Source: Cyanobacteria bacterium P01_H01_bin.21 | GTDB taxonomy: Bacteria; Cyanobacteriota; Cyanobacteriia; Phormidesmidales; Phormidesmidaceae | NCBI GenBank assembly: GCA_038748405.1 | Contig: JBCDIX010000020.1 | Span: forward strand, 51,457 to 75,456 | DNA: 24,000 bases | Reading direction: 5' to 3' | Shown: in pieces, positions 14,197-22,516 of the stretch | Layout: each line of letters opens with the position of its first letter | How positions within the stretch are numbered: the stretch's first letter is position 1 | The notes under the pieces: model-generated | What the model was told of the DNA's origin: nothing | What the model saw: the letters and a program-made list of their open reading frames with translations, nothing else | The model's database searches: none | Position numbers and translations under genes: made by a program

Positions 14197-16206
14197 CTAC
14201 ACATCCCAATCGTCAAAGATGGCCAAGGAGTCGTCCGGGGGCATCACTCGCCGATTTTGGATAACTTTACGACTTTCCTGTAGTGTCGCCATATCGACCG
14301 ATATGGCGGCGAACTGGAGTTCTAAACAACCTGTCGGAACCCGAACCCGCATCAGGGTTTCCAGCTCATCATTTTCATTGGGGATAAACTGCATCAGCAG
14401 ACGCGGCGCGTCGATCATTGTTCGTGTCTGTAGATCATTCATCCAAACTTTGACATAGGGCTGATAGCTAGTGGTGGGTACTCGTACTTTGATAGCGATC
14501 CATTCCCCGGCTACCAGTTCCTGCTCGGGCACACTCAGCACCGGGGGCAGTACTTGAATAGGTTCCTCTTGGGGCGGCGGCTCAGATTCGTAGCTGGAGT
14601 AGCGTTGGGGCGATGGCTCATAGTCGACAAACTCATTGCTTTGGTTACCCTCCAGACGGTCTTCAGAGGCATGCAGGGCCTGTTGTACTTCCAGCGAGTG
14701 ACGATAACCGTCTTGGGTAAACAGGCTTAGCTTCTGCCAAAACCGCTCCCGCAGCTGTAGCCTTTGAAAGGCGCGGTCAATATTGGTGGCTGCTAAATCC
14801 CGTTGAGAAACGGGTTGAGAAACGGGTGGTTTCTTTGGGGCAAAACGGGTAGTTAACCCATCGTTACGCGGGGCTACTGTCTCCTCGGTGGGCTCACTTT
14901 CTAAAGCAGCAGTTGCTAGCTCAAGGTCGAGATCATCATCTTCAATAGTGCCAATTTCAAATACCTTGGGATTAGCAAAGGGCAAGGGCTCGACGTCCTC
15001 TTGAGGTTCATCAACGTCTAACTCATCTACATCGATGCTGTCTTGATCCACATTAGATAAGCCGCCACCGTCGGCACTATCGTCTGCCGTATCCTCCAGT
15101 GTCTCTGACCGGGCAGAAGCTGCGGGTTCATCGTCCGGCTCCGGTATATTGGCTCGAAAGCTGCCGGTTTCAGCAGGAAAGGTGGGTAGTTCAGGGGGGC
15201 GCTCAAGCTCGACGTCGCCGATGGGTTTAATTTGAGGCGGTAGGGTCAAACCCTCGGAAGGAATGATTTCTTTGGGAACAATCGGAGTCTCACTGGAAAG
15301 CAATGCTTCTGATTTTTCTGGGGAGGGGATAAAGGCTTCTGTAGACCCTGGAAAAATGGAAATCTCTTCTTCAAATTCAAGGTCTGGCTGAGTTGCGATC
15401 GCATCTAGCATTTGTGCCAGTCCCATCGTGACTGTAAAAGACGCAGACGCCAAGACCGTTTTAGGCTTACCCCGTTCAATTAACGACAGAGCACCTAAGA
15501 TCACTTGGGTAGAGAGCTCATCGGGTAACGTAACCGCAACCGAAAACGGAGCAAACAGCGACTCATTAGGCACATCAAACGCAATTTCTCGTACCGTACT
15601 GGCCGTTTGCGGGTCTCGCAGCTGTATCCAGAGTTGTCCCTGCCTTAAGAGTCTGCTGGCCGAGAATGTACCAGACAGCGTCAACGATTGGCCAAGCTGG
15701 GTGACATAGGCCTGCTGTTTGAGCTGCAGCTGAAATTCTGCAGGAGCGTCATCCGTTTCCGATGAGTCCACATCAGTCGTCAGTGGCCCCGCATCATCCA
15801 GTGATTGATCAGCCACCGTCTCAGACCAATCAGGTTCCCACTCCTCATCGTCTCGCGGGGTAACCTGAAGCTGTACAGAATAGTGCCAGCCACCCTCTCC
15901 TAAAAAATCATCGATGACATCTGGGCTATTGCAATCAATTTCCCAGCGACCGGGACTCAGCTGAATAAATGGAAAAATTGCCAACAGTCCCGAGTCGCTT
16001 GTGCTCGTCTTACGCTTGCGAACCCGACGACGGGGAGGAATTTCATCCAACAGTAGTTGACTGACTCGAACTTCCACAGACGTACTGTCATAGCTCGTAT
16101 GAGCCGCCATCCGATAGCGACCTTCCAAGATCTCTACCTGCCTTGTTTCCAAAGGTAGCCAGGTTTGATCACCTTCCTGCTGAATTAAAAACTCCCAATA
16201 ACGCAT
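14197..16206 (-). CDS. Hypothetical highly acidic protein (about 669 aa), three predicted beta-rich modules separated by D/E/P-rich disordered linkers
   Basis: Long uninterrupted ORF. I prefer the ATG at 16206 (MRYWEFLIQQEGDQTWLPLE...) over the track's TTG two codons upstream. It contains an N-terminal module, a basic patch (PPRRRVRKRKTS), acidic stretches (DDEEWEPDWSE; DVDELDVDEPQEDVEP; EDDDLDLE) and a C-terminal module ending DDWDV. I recognise no catalytic or family motif. Confidence 0.7.
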   Translation of the reverse strand: MRYWEFLIQQEGDQTWLPLETRQVEILEGRYRMAAHTSYDSTSVEVRVSQLLLDEIPPRRRVRKRKTSTSDSGLLAIFPFIQLSPGRWEIDCNSPDVIDDFLGEGGWHYSVQLQVTPRDDEEWEPDWSETVADQSLDDAGPLTTDVDSSETDDAPAEFQLQLKQQAYVTQLGQSLTLSGTFSASRLLRQGQLWIQLRDPQTASTVREIAFDVPNESLFAPFSVAVTLPDELSTQVILGALSLIERGKPKTVLASASFTVTMGLAQMLDAIATQPDLEFEEEISIFPGSTEAFIPSPEKSEALLSSETPIVPKEIIPSEGLTLPPQIKPIGDVELERPPELPTFPAETGSFRANIPEPDDEPAASARSETLEDTADDSADGGGLSNVDQDSIDVDELDVDEPQEDVEPLPFANPKVFEIGTIEDDDLDLELATAALESEPTEETVAPRNDGLTTRFAPKKPPVSQPVSQRDLAATNIDRAFQRLQLRERFWQKLSLFTQDGYRHSLEVQQALHASEDRLEGNQSNEFVDYEPSPQRYSSYESEPPPQEEPIQVLPPVLSVPEQELVAGEWIAIKVRVPTTSYQPYVKVWMNDLQTRTMIDAPRLLMQFIPNENDELETLMRVRVPTGCLELQFAAISVDMATLQESRKVIQNRRVMPPDDSLAIFDDWDV

Positions 16207-16448
16207 ACTCAAACACCTGTCAGAGACCTGCCCTTGTTACCTGTGGCCATTGGCTTATATTAGCCATAGCATAGGGGCAATCCTAGCAAACATAGCTACG
16301 ATTCTCACGTTTTTCAGCGAAGAGTCACCTCTTTTCACAGGCTTTTTCTACATTGGCTACGGTAATGCTAAAGAAATATAGTGAAATGATCTCTCTGCTA
16401 TATGTTTAGTCTAACCAGTAGAAGGCCAGCCACGTCCTCACAGACAGA

Positions 16449-18959
16449 CTATACCAGCGGCTTTGGATAGCTAATGGCATAGCCTTGGGCATAGTCTATG
16501 CCTAACTCCTGCACTTTTTCGAGAACGGCTGGAGTTTCAACATACTCAGCAATTGTTCTTAAACCCATAATATGGCCGATGTTATTGATCGACTGCAGCA
16601 TGGCGCAGAGTACCTCATCGGTTGGAGCTTCCTTAACAAAATTACCATCAATTTTTAAGTAGTCTACAGGTAAATGCTTAAGGTAACTAAACGAAGACAT
16701 CCCGCTACCAAAGTCATCTAAAGCGAAGTGACAGCCAATTTTTTTGAGTTTAAGGATAAGGTCAGCCGCTTTTTGCAAATTAGCAATAGCCAGTGTTTCT
16801 GTAATTTCAAAACAGAGAATTTCAGGATTTACAGGATACCGGGCTAGCTGCTGCTCTAAGAACCCGATAAAGCTCTCATCATTTAAGGTAGAGCCTGAGA
16901 GATTAACACTATAAATCGTGTTGGGTTCAGGAGTATGAGAAGCCAGATATGTAAAAAACGTTTTCACCACCCACCGATCTATCCGAGGCATTAGGTTATA
17001 GCGCTCTGCTGTCGGTAAAAACGCCATTGGCGGAGAGAGTTCTCCTGTGCGCGAGTTAGGCAACCGCAGCAAAATTTCCCATAGACGCGTATCCACAGCA
17101 TCTGGAACAGCCGCTTCAATGGTTTGATAATACAGCTGAAACTGATTGTTATCTAGCGCTTCTGTCACTCGCGAAAACCATTGCACATCTTCTGTTTGTC
17201 GATGGATACAGTCATCATCTGGGTGATAGACCTGCAACCGGTTACGACCCTTATTTTTAGCGGTATAACAGGCTGTATCTGCTAGCTGCATAATCTGTTT
17301 ACTCTTAGTATTGTTCGATGTAATCGGAACAATCCCGATGCTGACGCCAATACTAAAAACTTTACCGTCGTAAAGAAAGCGAAATCCTTGAGTACTATGG
17401 CAAAAAGACTCAGCAATTTTGGTAGCACGAGCCAGACTACAGTTATAGAGTAGCAATCCAAACTCATCCCCCCCCAGCCGTGCCAAAACATCTGTCTGAC
17501 GAATCTTGCCTCGCCACAGATCGGCAACCTGACGCAGCAGCTGGTCACCTGCGGCATGGCCACAGGTATCATTGACGGCCTTAAAATGATCTAGGTCCAT
17601 GTAACACAGCATGTGCTGTGAGTTAGAGTCACAAAGTTCATCAGTGGCATTATCTAAAGCATGGAGAAACTTTTTTCGGTTAAACAGTTTAGTCAGTGGA
17701 TCATGGGACGCCTGCCAAGCCAACTGCTTAGCCCTACCGCGTTCTTCAGTCACATCATGAAAAACAAGCACCGTACCCAGCACCTCACCGGCCGCAGAGC
17801 GAATGGGAGCCGCTGAGTCACCAATGGCATATTCCTGCCCCGTCTTTGAAATGAGTGTGGGATGATTGCTCAGACTAATCGTTTTCTTCTCTTTTATTGC
17901 CTGCAGAGCTGGATTTTGCAGCGGTTTTCCAGTACTGCTATCGACAATTTTACAGACTTCTGAGATGGAGCGTCGTCTGGCATCTTGGGCACTCCAGCCT
18001 GTCAGTTTCTCTGCCACCGGGTTAAAGTCTTTGATGTACCCCCATTCATCGGTGGTAATAACAGCATCTCCAATAGAATGGAGCGTAATTTGAGCAAGTT
18101 CTTTTTCCTGATAGAGAGAGTGTTCTAGCTGTTTACGCTCAGTTATGTCTGTTTGGGAACCTGCCATTCGATAAGGCTTACCCACATCATCCCAAAGCGC
18201 CATACCCCGGGTTAACATCCAGCGATAGGTACCATCACTATGGAGAATTCGATATTCACACTTAAAATGTGATTGACGAGAACTAAGATGCTTCTGCAGA
18301 CAATCTTCAAAGTCTGCCCGGTTGTCAGGATGAATTCGAGATAACCACTCCTCAGGGTTATTGGTAATACTGCTATGGTCTAGTCCCAGCATCGCTTGCC
18401 AACGACGGGAGTAGCAGACGGTATTTGTTTTGAGATCCCAATCCCAAATACCATCATGGGCTCCTTGCACTGCAAGGGCATAACGCTCTTCGCTAATTTC
18501 CAGCTTTTTTGTTAGCTCGGTACGTTCAATGGCATATTGAATGGTCTTAGCAAGTAAATTACCAACATCAACATAGCCTAGGCGCTGTAATCGCTCTGGT
18601 GAGAATGTGTCTGACTTTACTAGATAATCTTGGGCACCTTCTTGGAGTGCGGCTATGGCAACATTTTTGTCCTGAATACCAGTAAGTACAACTACAGGAA
18701 CTTTAGGTACTAACGTTTTAATTTGTTTGACCAGTTCTACACCCTGTCCATCAGGTAAACAGAGATCTAACAGAACCACATCAAAATTGTTGTTGATCTC
18801 CAAAGTTCTGATTGCTTCATTAAATCGCTCAGCATGGTGTAGTGTTGTCTTGATTAGCTGAGATGATGATAAAAGTTCTTGAAAAAGCTGAGCATCTGAC
18901 GGATTATCTTCAATCAACAATGCTTCTATTCCTGTTGTCATAGATACACCCGTATACAT
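16449..18959 (-). CDS. Response regulator with c-di-GMP turnover output: REC-PAS-PAS-GGDEF-EAL
   Basis: 836 aa. The REC domain shows ALLIEDNPSD...DVVLLDLCLPDGQG...VVVLTG...K. Two PAS domains follow (GIWDWDL...; AVITTDEWGYI..FNPVAEKLTGW). The GGDEF domain is intact, with an RxxD I-site (RQTDVLARLGGDEFGLLL). The EAL domain shows YYQTI, WEILLRL, FEITE, DDFGSGMSSFSYLKHLPVDYLKIDGNFV and AEYVET. The start may instead be the second Met at 18941. Confidence 0.9.
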   Translation of the reverse strand: MYTGVSMTTGIEALLIEDNPSDAQLFQELLSSSQLIKTTLHHAERFNEAIRTLEINNNFDVVLLDLCLPDGQGVELVKQIKTLVPKVPVVVLTGIQDKNVAIAALQEGAQDYLVKSDTFSPERLQRLGYVDVGNLLAKTIQYAIERTELTKKLEISEERYALAVQGAHDGIWDWDLKTNTVCYSRRWQAMLGLDHSSITNNPEEWLSRIHPDNRADFEDCLQKHLSSRQSHFKCEYRILHSDGTYRWMLTRGMALWDDVGKPYRMAGSQTDITERKQLEHSLYQEKELAQITLHSIGDAVITTDEWGYIKDFNPVAEKLTGWSAQDARRRSISEVCKIVDSSTGKPLQNPALQAIKEKKTISLSNHPTLISKTGQEYAIGDSAAPIRSAAGEVLGTVLVFHDVTEERGRAKQLAWQASHDPLTKLFNRKKFLHALDNATDELCDSNSQHMLCYMDLDHFKAVNDTCGHAAGDQLLRQVADLWRGKIRQTDVLARLGGDEFGLLLYNCSLARATKIAESFCHSTQGFRFLYDGKVFSIGVSIGIVPITSNNTKSKQIMQLADTACYTAKNKGRNRLQVYHPDDDCIHRQTEDVQWFSRVTEALDNNQFQLYYQTIEAAVPDAVDTRLWEILLRLPNSRTGELSPPMAFLPTAERYNLMPRIDRWVVKTFFTYLASHTPEPNTIYSVNLSGSTLNDESFIGFLEQQLARYPVNPEILCFEITETLAIANLQKAADLILKLKKIGCHFALDDFGSGMSSFSYLKHLPVDYLKIDGNFVKEAPTDEVLCAMLQSINNIGHIMGLRTIAEYVETPAVLEKVQELGIDYAQGYAISYPKPLV

Positions 18960-19233
18960 TCCTAATATGGTTTATTCTCAGTGCAGTGTGCCTGAAGATA
19001 AGTATTTGATTTAAATGACACTATTGTCGTTCTGGATTATGCGCTCATGAGGTGGTGAATAAAAGCTCCTATGGTCAGCCTAAGAGAGATGTCTCAAGCG
19101 ACCTATGAAAAATATAGTAAGAAAACTCGTTGTAACTGTATATCGCAAAAATACCTATTCTTGAAATACATCGGCTGATACCGACATCACAGGTGTTACG
19201 GAGTCGACGCAGGCAATAAAGAAGACACTACTT

Positions 19234-19674
19234 TTACGCTACAGCTGTCGATGGATTAGTGGGCAGCTGAGCTGTATCTAGCCAAAAGTCATAAATTTTT
19301 TGAGCAATTACTTGATAATCGCTAAAGCTTGTAGGCTTTGTGATGTAAGCATTAGCACGTAGCTGATAGCTCCGCTCAATATCATGGGGTGTAGCAGAAC
19401 TTGAAAGTACGATGATGGGAATTGTTTGCCACAGATTGTTGTTTTTAATTTCCCCTAGCACTTCGTAACCATTTTTTCCAGGTAAATTAAGGTCTAGCAA
19501 AATAAGCCGGGGATACGCGGAGGGACCGCCATCGATTTGGTGCAGCAGAGTCAAGGCTTCATCACCAGTGTGAGCAGTTTGAAGCATCAGCTGACAACCA
19601 GCCTCATCAAAAGCAGCAGCTAAAATAGCCGCGTCAGTTGGTGAGTCTTCTACTAGAAGAACGGTTACGTCCAT
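19234..19674 (-). CDS. Stand-alone CheY-like response regulator (Rcp1-like, receiver domain only)
   Basis: 146 aa: VLLVEDSPTDAAIL...PRLILLDLNLPGKNGYEVLGEIK...IPIIVLSSS....DI..SY.L.ANAYITKP. It is a complete REC domain with no output domain. Confidence 0.9.
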   Translation of the reverse strand: MDVTVLLVEDSPTDAAILAAAFDEAGCQLMLQTAHTGDEALTLLHQIDGGPSAYPRLILLDLNLPGKNGYEVLGEIKNNNLWQTIPIIVLSSSATPHDIERSYQLRANAYITKPTSFSDYQVIAQKIYDFWLDTAQLPTNPSTAVA

Positions 19675-19769
19675 TATTGTAATCAGCTGCGCTGATACTT
19701 AGTGTGTATACCCTAGGGAGATAATCCTAACTATGACAATTGCCATCAAAGTAACCTTTTAAGCAAACC

Positions 19770-20948
19770 TTAAGCTTCCTTTGGGCAGCTAACTAGCGTG
19801 AAATAAAAGACAGAGCCTTTCGCCGGAGCAGATTCTAACCAAATACTGCCCTGATAGTGCTCCACAATTTTTTTACAGATTGCTAAACCGATGCCGTATC
19901 CTTTATGCTCCTGCTGATTATGTAATCGTTGAAAGAGCTTAAAAATCCTTGTCTGTTGATCGTTAGGAATACCAATGCCATTGTCTTGAACACAAAAGAG
20001 CCAGTTATTTACTTGTTGTTTAGCGACAATGTGAATATCGGGCGGGTCTGGGCCTCGAAACTTAATGGCGTTGCTAATAAGGTTTTGAAATAATTGAACG
20101 ACATGATTTTTATCAACACAGAGTGTGGGTAATGTATCGTGGGTAATTGTTGTGTGGGTTTCAAGACAGATGAGCTTGAGATTTTCAAGAACAACCTCAA
20201 GAGCCTGTTCAAAACAAGTAGGGCTACTATCTAGCTGTGCATTGTTGATGCGAGAGAGTTCGAGAATACCGTCGATCATGGCTTTCATCCGACTACCACC
20301 ATCGACAATGTGTTTTATGTAACGTTTGGCAGAGGTATCTAGATGTTGTTTATAGCGTTGGTCTAACAGCTGCGAAAAAGCCGTCATTGCCCGAAGAGGT
20401 TCCTGCAAATCGTGGGAAACAACGTAGGCAAATTCCTCTAAATCGGCATTAGAACGGGCCAGTGCTTCGGCTTTCTTGGCTAGTTCTTGTTCGGCTTGCT
20501 GTCGCTCTAAGATTTCTGCTCGTAATCGTTTATTAACTTCTATAAGTTCTGGCGTGCCTGGGACCGGAAAATTATGGATGCGATCGCACCGTTCAATCAG
20601 TAGCACAAAAAATTCATCTATTGCTCCACTAGCTGGATGTAGATGGGCCTCTATTACGACCGGAACGCCATCAGCTAGCTGACTAGAATATTCATCTCTG
20701 GCATAGCCAGAGGTTTGAGCCTGCTGAAGCACTGTTTGTATCGGTGACTCCAGGTCAGCAGGCAAAAGCTTAGAAACAGCAGTGCCCTGATGCAGCTCCG
20801 CTGAGCGAGCGAGCAAACTAAGACAGTCATCACAGACAGCCAGTAGCCGTCCACAGCTGTCAACTAGTAAACACGTTGACTGACGATGACTCAGTAGTGT
20901 CTGAAAAGCTCTACTAACTAGAGAATCAGTGTGCTGACTATACTGCAA
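19770..20948 (-). CDS. Sensor histidine kinase (N-terminal PAS-like domain, coiled coil, HisKA, HATPase_c); soluble
   Basis: 392 aa. It has the H-box FAYVVSHDLQEPLR, an N-box LFQNLISNAIKF, a G1 box VQDNGIGI and a G2 box GYGIGLAICKKIVE. It has no TM segments. The only available start is TTG at 20948, because an in-frame TAG lies two codons upstream and the next ATG is far downstream. The N-terminus is therefore uncertain. Confidence 0.85.
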   Translation of the reverse strand: MQYSQHTDSLVSRAFQTLLSHRQSTCLLVDSCGRLLAVCDDCLSLLARSAELHQGTAVSKLLPADLESPIQTVLQQAQTSGYARDEYSSQLADGVPVVIEAHLHPASGAIDEFFVLLIERCDRIHNFPVPGTPELIEVNKRLRAEILERQQAEQELAKKAEALARSNADLEEFAYVVSHDLQEPLRAMTAFSQLLDQRYKQHLDTSAKRYIKHIVDGGSRMKAMIDGILELSRINNAQLDSSPTCFEQALEVVLENLKLICLETHTTITHDTLPTLCVDKNHVVQLFQNLISNAIKFRGPDPPDIHIVAKQQVNNWLFCVQDNGIGIPNDQQTRIFKLFQRLHNQQEHKGYGIGLAICKKIVEHYQGSIWLESAPAKGSVFYFTLVSCPKEA

Positions 20949-21022
20949 TGGCTACTGAAAATAGAAAACGCTAATAAAGGGATCTACAACTCTTTTAGGG
21001 CAATTACCCTTACATAAACAGC

Positions 21023-21059
21023 AGAATCGGAGAGGCACAGCCTGTACATCTCCGATTCT
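21023..21059 (-). terminator. Possible rpsN terminator hairpin (AGAATCGGAGA-15 nt-TCTCCGATTCT)
   Basis: The 11-bp arms are perfect complements (read directly). It lies 65 nt downstream of the rpsN stop on the minus strand and is followed there by GCTGTTTATG. The loop is large and the U-tract weak. Confidence 0.35.
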
Positions 21060-21123
21060 AATCAAACTCAATGACAAATGCTGACTTAGGGCAACCCCAT
21101 AGGTCTAGTCAACATCAGCCTAA

Positions 21124-21426
21124 CTACCAGCTAGACTTAACCACACCTGGTAGTAAGCCTTGGTGAGCCATATCCCTTAGGGCATTTCGGCAAAGGCCAA
21201 AATCACGATAGTAGCCATGGGGACGGCCAGTTAACCAGCAGCGGTTATGTAAACGTGTAGGTGAGCTATCTCGGGGCAGCTGCTGAATTTTGCGATGAAT
21301 TTCTAACTTTGCTGCTTGAGAATTTGCAGACTTAAACGCATCCATAAGCTCTTGACGCTTTGATGCATAGCGAGCAACGGTTTTTTCGCGCTTGCGCTGG
21401 CGCGCAATCATGCCTTTCTTAGCCAT
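21124..21426 (-). CDS. rpsN: 30S ribosomal protein S14 (long, non-zinc form)
   Basis: 100 aa: [27 protein letters not shown]......[43 protein letters not shown]. This is canonical S14. Confidence 0.95.
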   Translation of the reverse strand: MAKKGMIARQRKREKTVARYASKRQELMDAFKSANSQAAKLEIHRKIQQLPRDSSPTRLHNRCWLTGRPHGYYRDFGLCRNALRDMAHQGLLPGVVKSSW

Positions 21427-21473
21427 TGGGCTGATAGTTTCCTATGGGTTACCGATATTTATCACGGTCTTTC

Positions 21474-21502
21474 ATATTAGAGGAAATCTTACCCTTTGGC
21501 AA
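21474..21502 (-). promoter_or_regulatory. Candidate sigma70-type promoter for rpsN (TTGCCA-N17-TAATAT on the minus strand)
   Basis: The reverse complement reads TTGCCAaagggtaagatttcctcTAATAT. The -35 element is at 21502-21497 and the -10 element at 21479-21474, about 48 nt upstream of the rpsN ATG. This is pattern-only evidence. Confidence 0.35.
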
Positions 21503-21629
21503 AATAACTTTTGCGATTGCTGATTTAGGGGGATGAATCGGTCTGGATTAGTGGTTATTTAACGACCCTCACAGCTAAAACCATCCCGAGGATCAGCAAT
21601 ACCTAACTTTTAACTAAATGCCCAACGGT

Positions 21630-22343
21630 TTAGGATTTCTTTTTGCGGGTTTTAGTAGTTTTTGCAACCGCTTTAGCTTTGAGCAATTTTGCCCCGGAGG
21701 AACACCACTCGAATAGCTGACATCGCTCACACGCTGGATTTCGAGCATCACAGACCGCACGACCATGGTACACCAAACGAATAGACCAGTTTTCCCAATC
21801 TGGCTGGGGTAAGAGCTTCATTAAATCCTGCTCAATTTTGACTGGAGCATCATGCTTGGTTAGCCCCAAACGATTTGTAATTCGCTTTACGTGGGTGTCT
21901 ACTGTGACGCCAGCATTAATGCCAAAGGCATGGGCTAAAACCACATTGGCAGTCTTACGGGCCACACCTGGCAAGCGAGTCAGCTCTTCCATAGATTGAG
22001 GAACGTCTCCACCAAAGTCAGTCAGGATTTTTTCACAGGCCGCACGGATGTTTTTAGCCTTGTTACGATAAAACCCGGTTGATTTGATGTACTGTTCGAT
22101 CTCGCTCACTTCGGCCTCTGCATAGTCCGTAACCGTTGGAAATCGGTCAAACAAGGCTGGTGTAACTATGTTGACCCTGGCATCGGTACACTGAGCCGAC
22201 AGCATCGTAGCAATCAACAGCTGCAGCGGATTTTCATAATCCAGCGAGCAGGGAGCGTCAGGATAGCTTTCCTTAAGTTGTTCAAGGATTAATAAGGCGC
22301 GTCGCTTTTTAGTTAGGCGAGGACGTTTGGTAGCAGCGGTCAC
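21630..22343 (-). CDS. nth: Endonuclease III (DNA-(apurinic or apyrimidinic site) lyase / thymine glycol glycosylase)
   Basis: 237 aa. It has an HhH-GPD fold (LIATMLSAQCTD, LPGVARKTANVVL, VDTHVKRI) and the [4Fe-4S] motif CDARNPACERCQLFEWC (C-x6-C-x2-C-x5-C). The start is GTG at 22343. The C-terminus is a Lys-rich tail. Confidence 0.92.
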   Translation of the reverse strand: MTAATKRPRLTKKRRALLILEQLKESYPDAPCSLDYENPLQLLIATMLSAQCTDARVNIVTPALFDRFPTVTDYAEAEVSEIEQYIKSTGFYRNKAKNIRAACEKILTDFGGDVPQSMEELTRLPGVARKTANVVLAHAFGINAGVTVDTHVKRITNRLGLTKHDAPVKIEQDLMKLLPQPDWENWSIRLVYHGRAVCDARNPACERCQLFEWCSSGAKLLKAKAVAKTTKTRKKKS

Positions 22344-22408
22344 GGTTAAAGCGATAGCGATGGCTGGCAGGTTAAGAATTTTATCGTAGACCCATTGGTC
22401 ACCAACGC

Positions 22409-22436
22409 AAACCCCTCTTCTATGGAAGAGGGGTTT
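22409..22436 (-). terminator. Rho-independent terminator downstream of the site-2 protease gene (AAACCCCTCTTC-tatg-GAAGAGGGGTTT)
   Basis: It has a perfect 12-bp GC-rich stem with a 4-nt loop. On the minus strand the stem is followed by TTTGCGTT. It lies 80 nt after the protease stop and upstream of nth. Confidence 0.55.
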
Positions 22437-22516
22437 TGGCGGCGTTTAGGAAGTTTTGAGAGACCGTGGGTCTTGTCTAATCTCTTTGGTCAGAAGGACC
22501 TAGGAAAAAGGCACAA

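Noticed and set aside
14156-15709. Plus-strand ORFs 14156-14458 and 15428-15709 inside the acidic orphan gene
   Set aside because: They are antisense to a 2-kb uninterrupted ORF and give Ser/Arg-rich products. They are most likely shadow ORFs of the Asp/Glu-rich sense frame.
21630-21695. Lys-rich C-terminal tail of endonuclease III (AKLLKAKAVAKTTKTRKKKS) as a separate feature or fusion
   Set aside because: It is continuous with the nth frame. Basic tails on DNA-repair glycosylases are plausible non-specific DNA-binding extensions. Nothing in the sequence suggests a gene fusion or frameshift.
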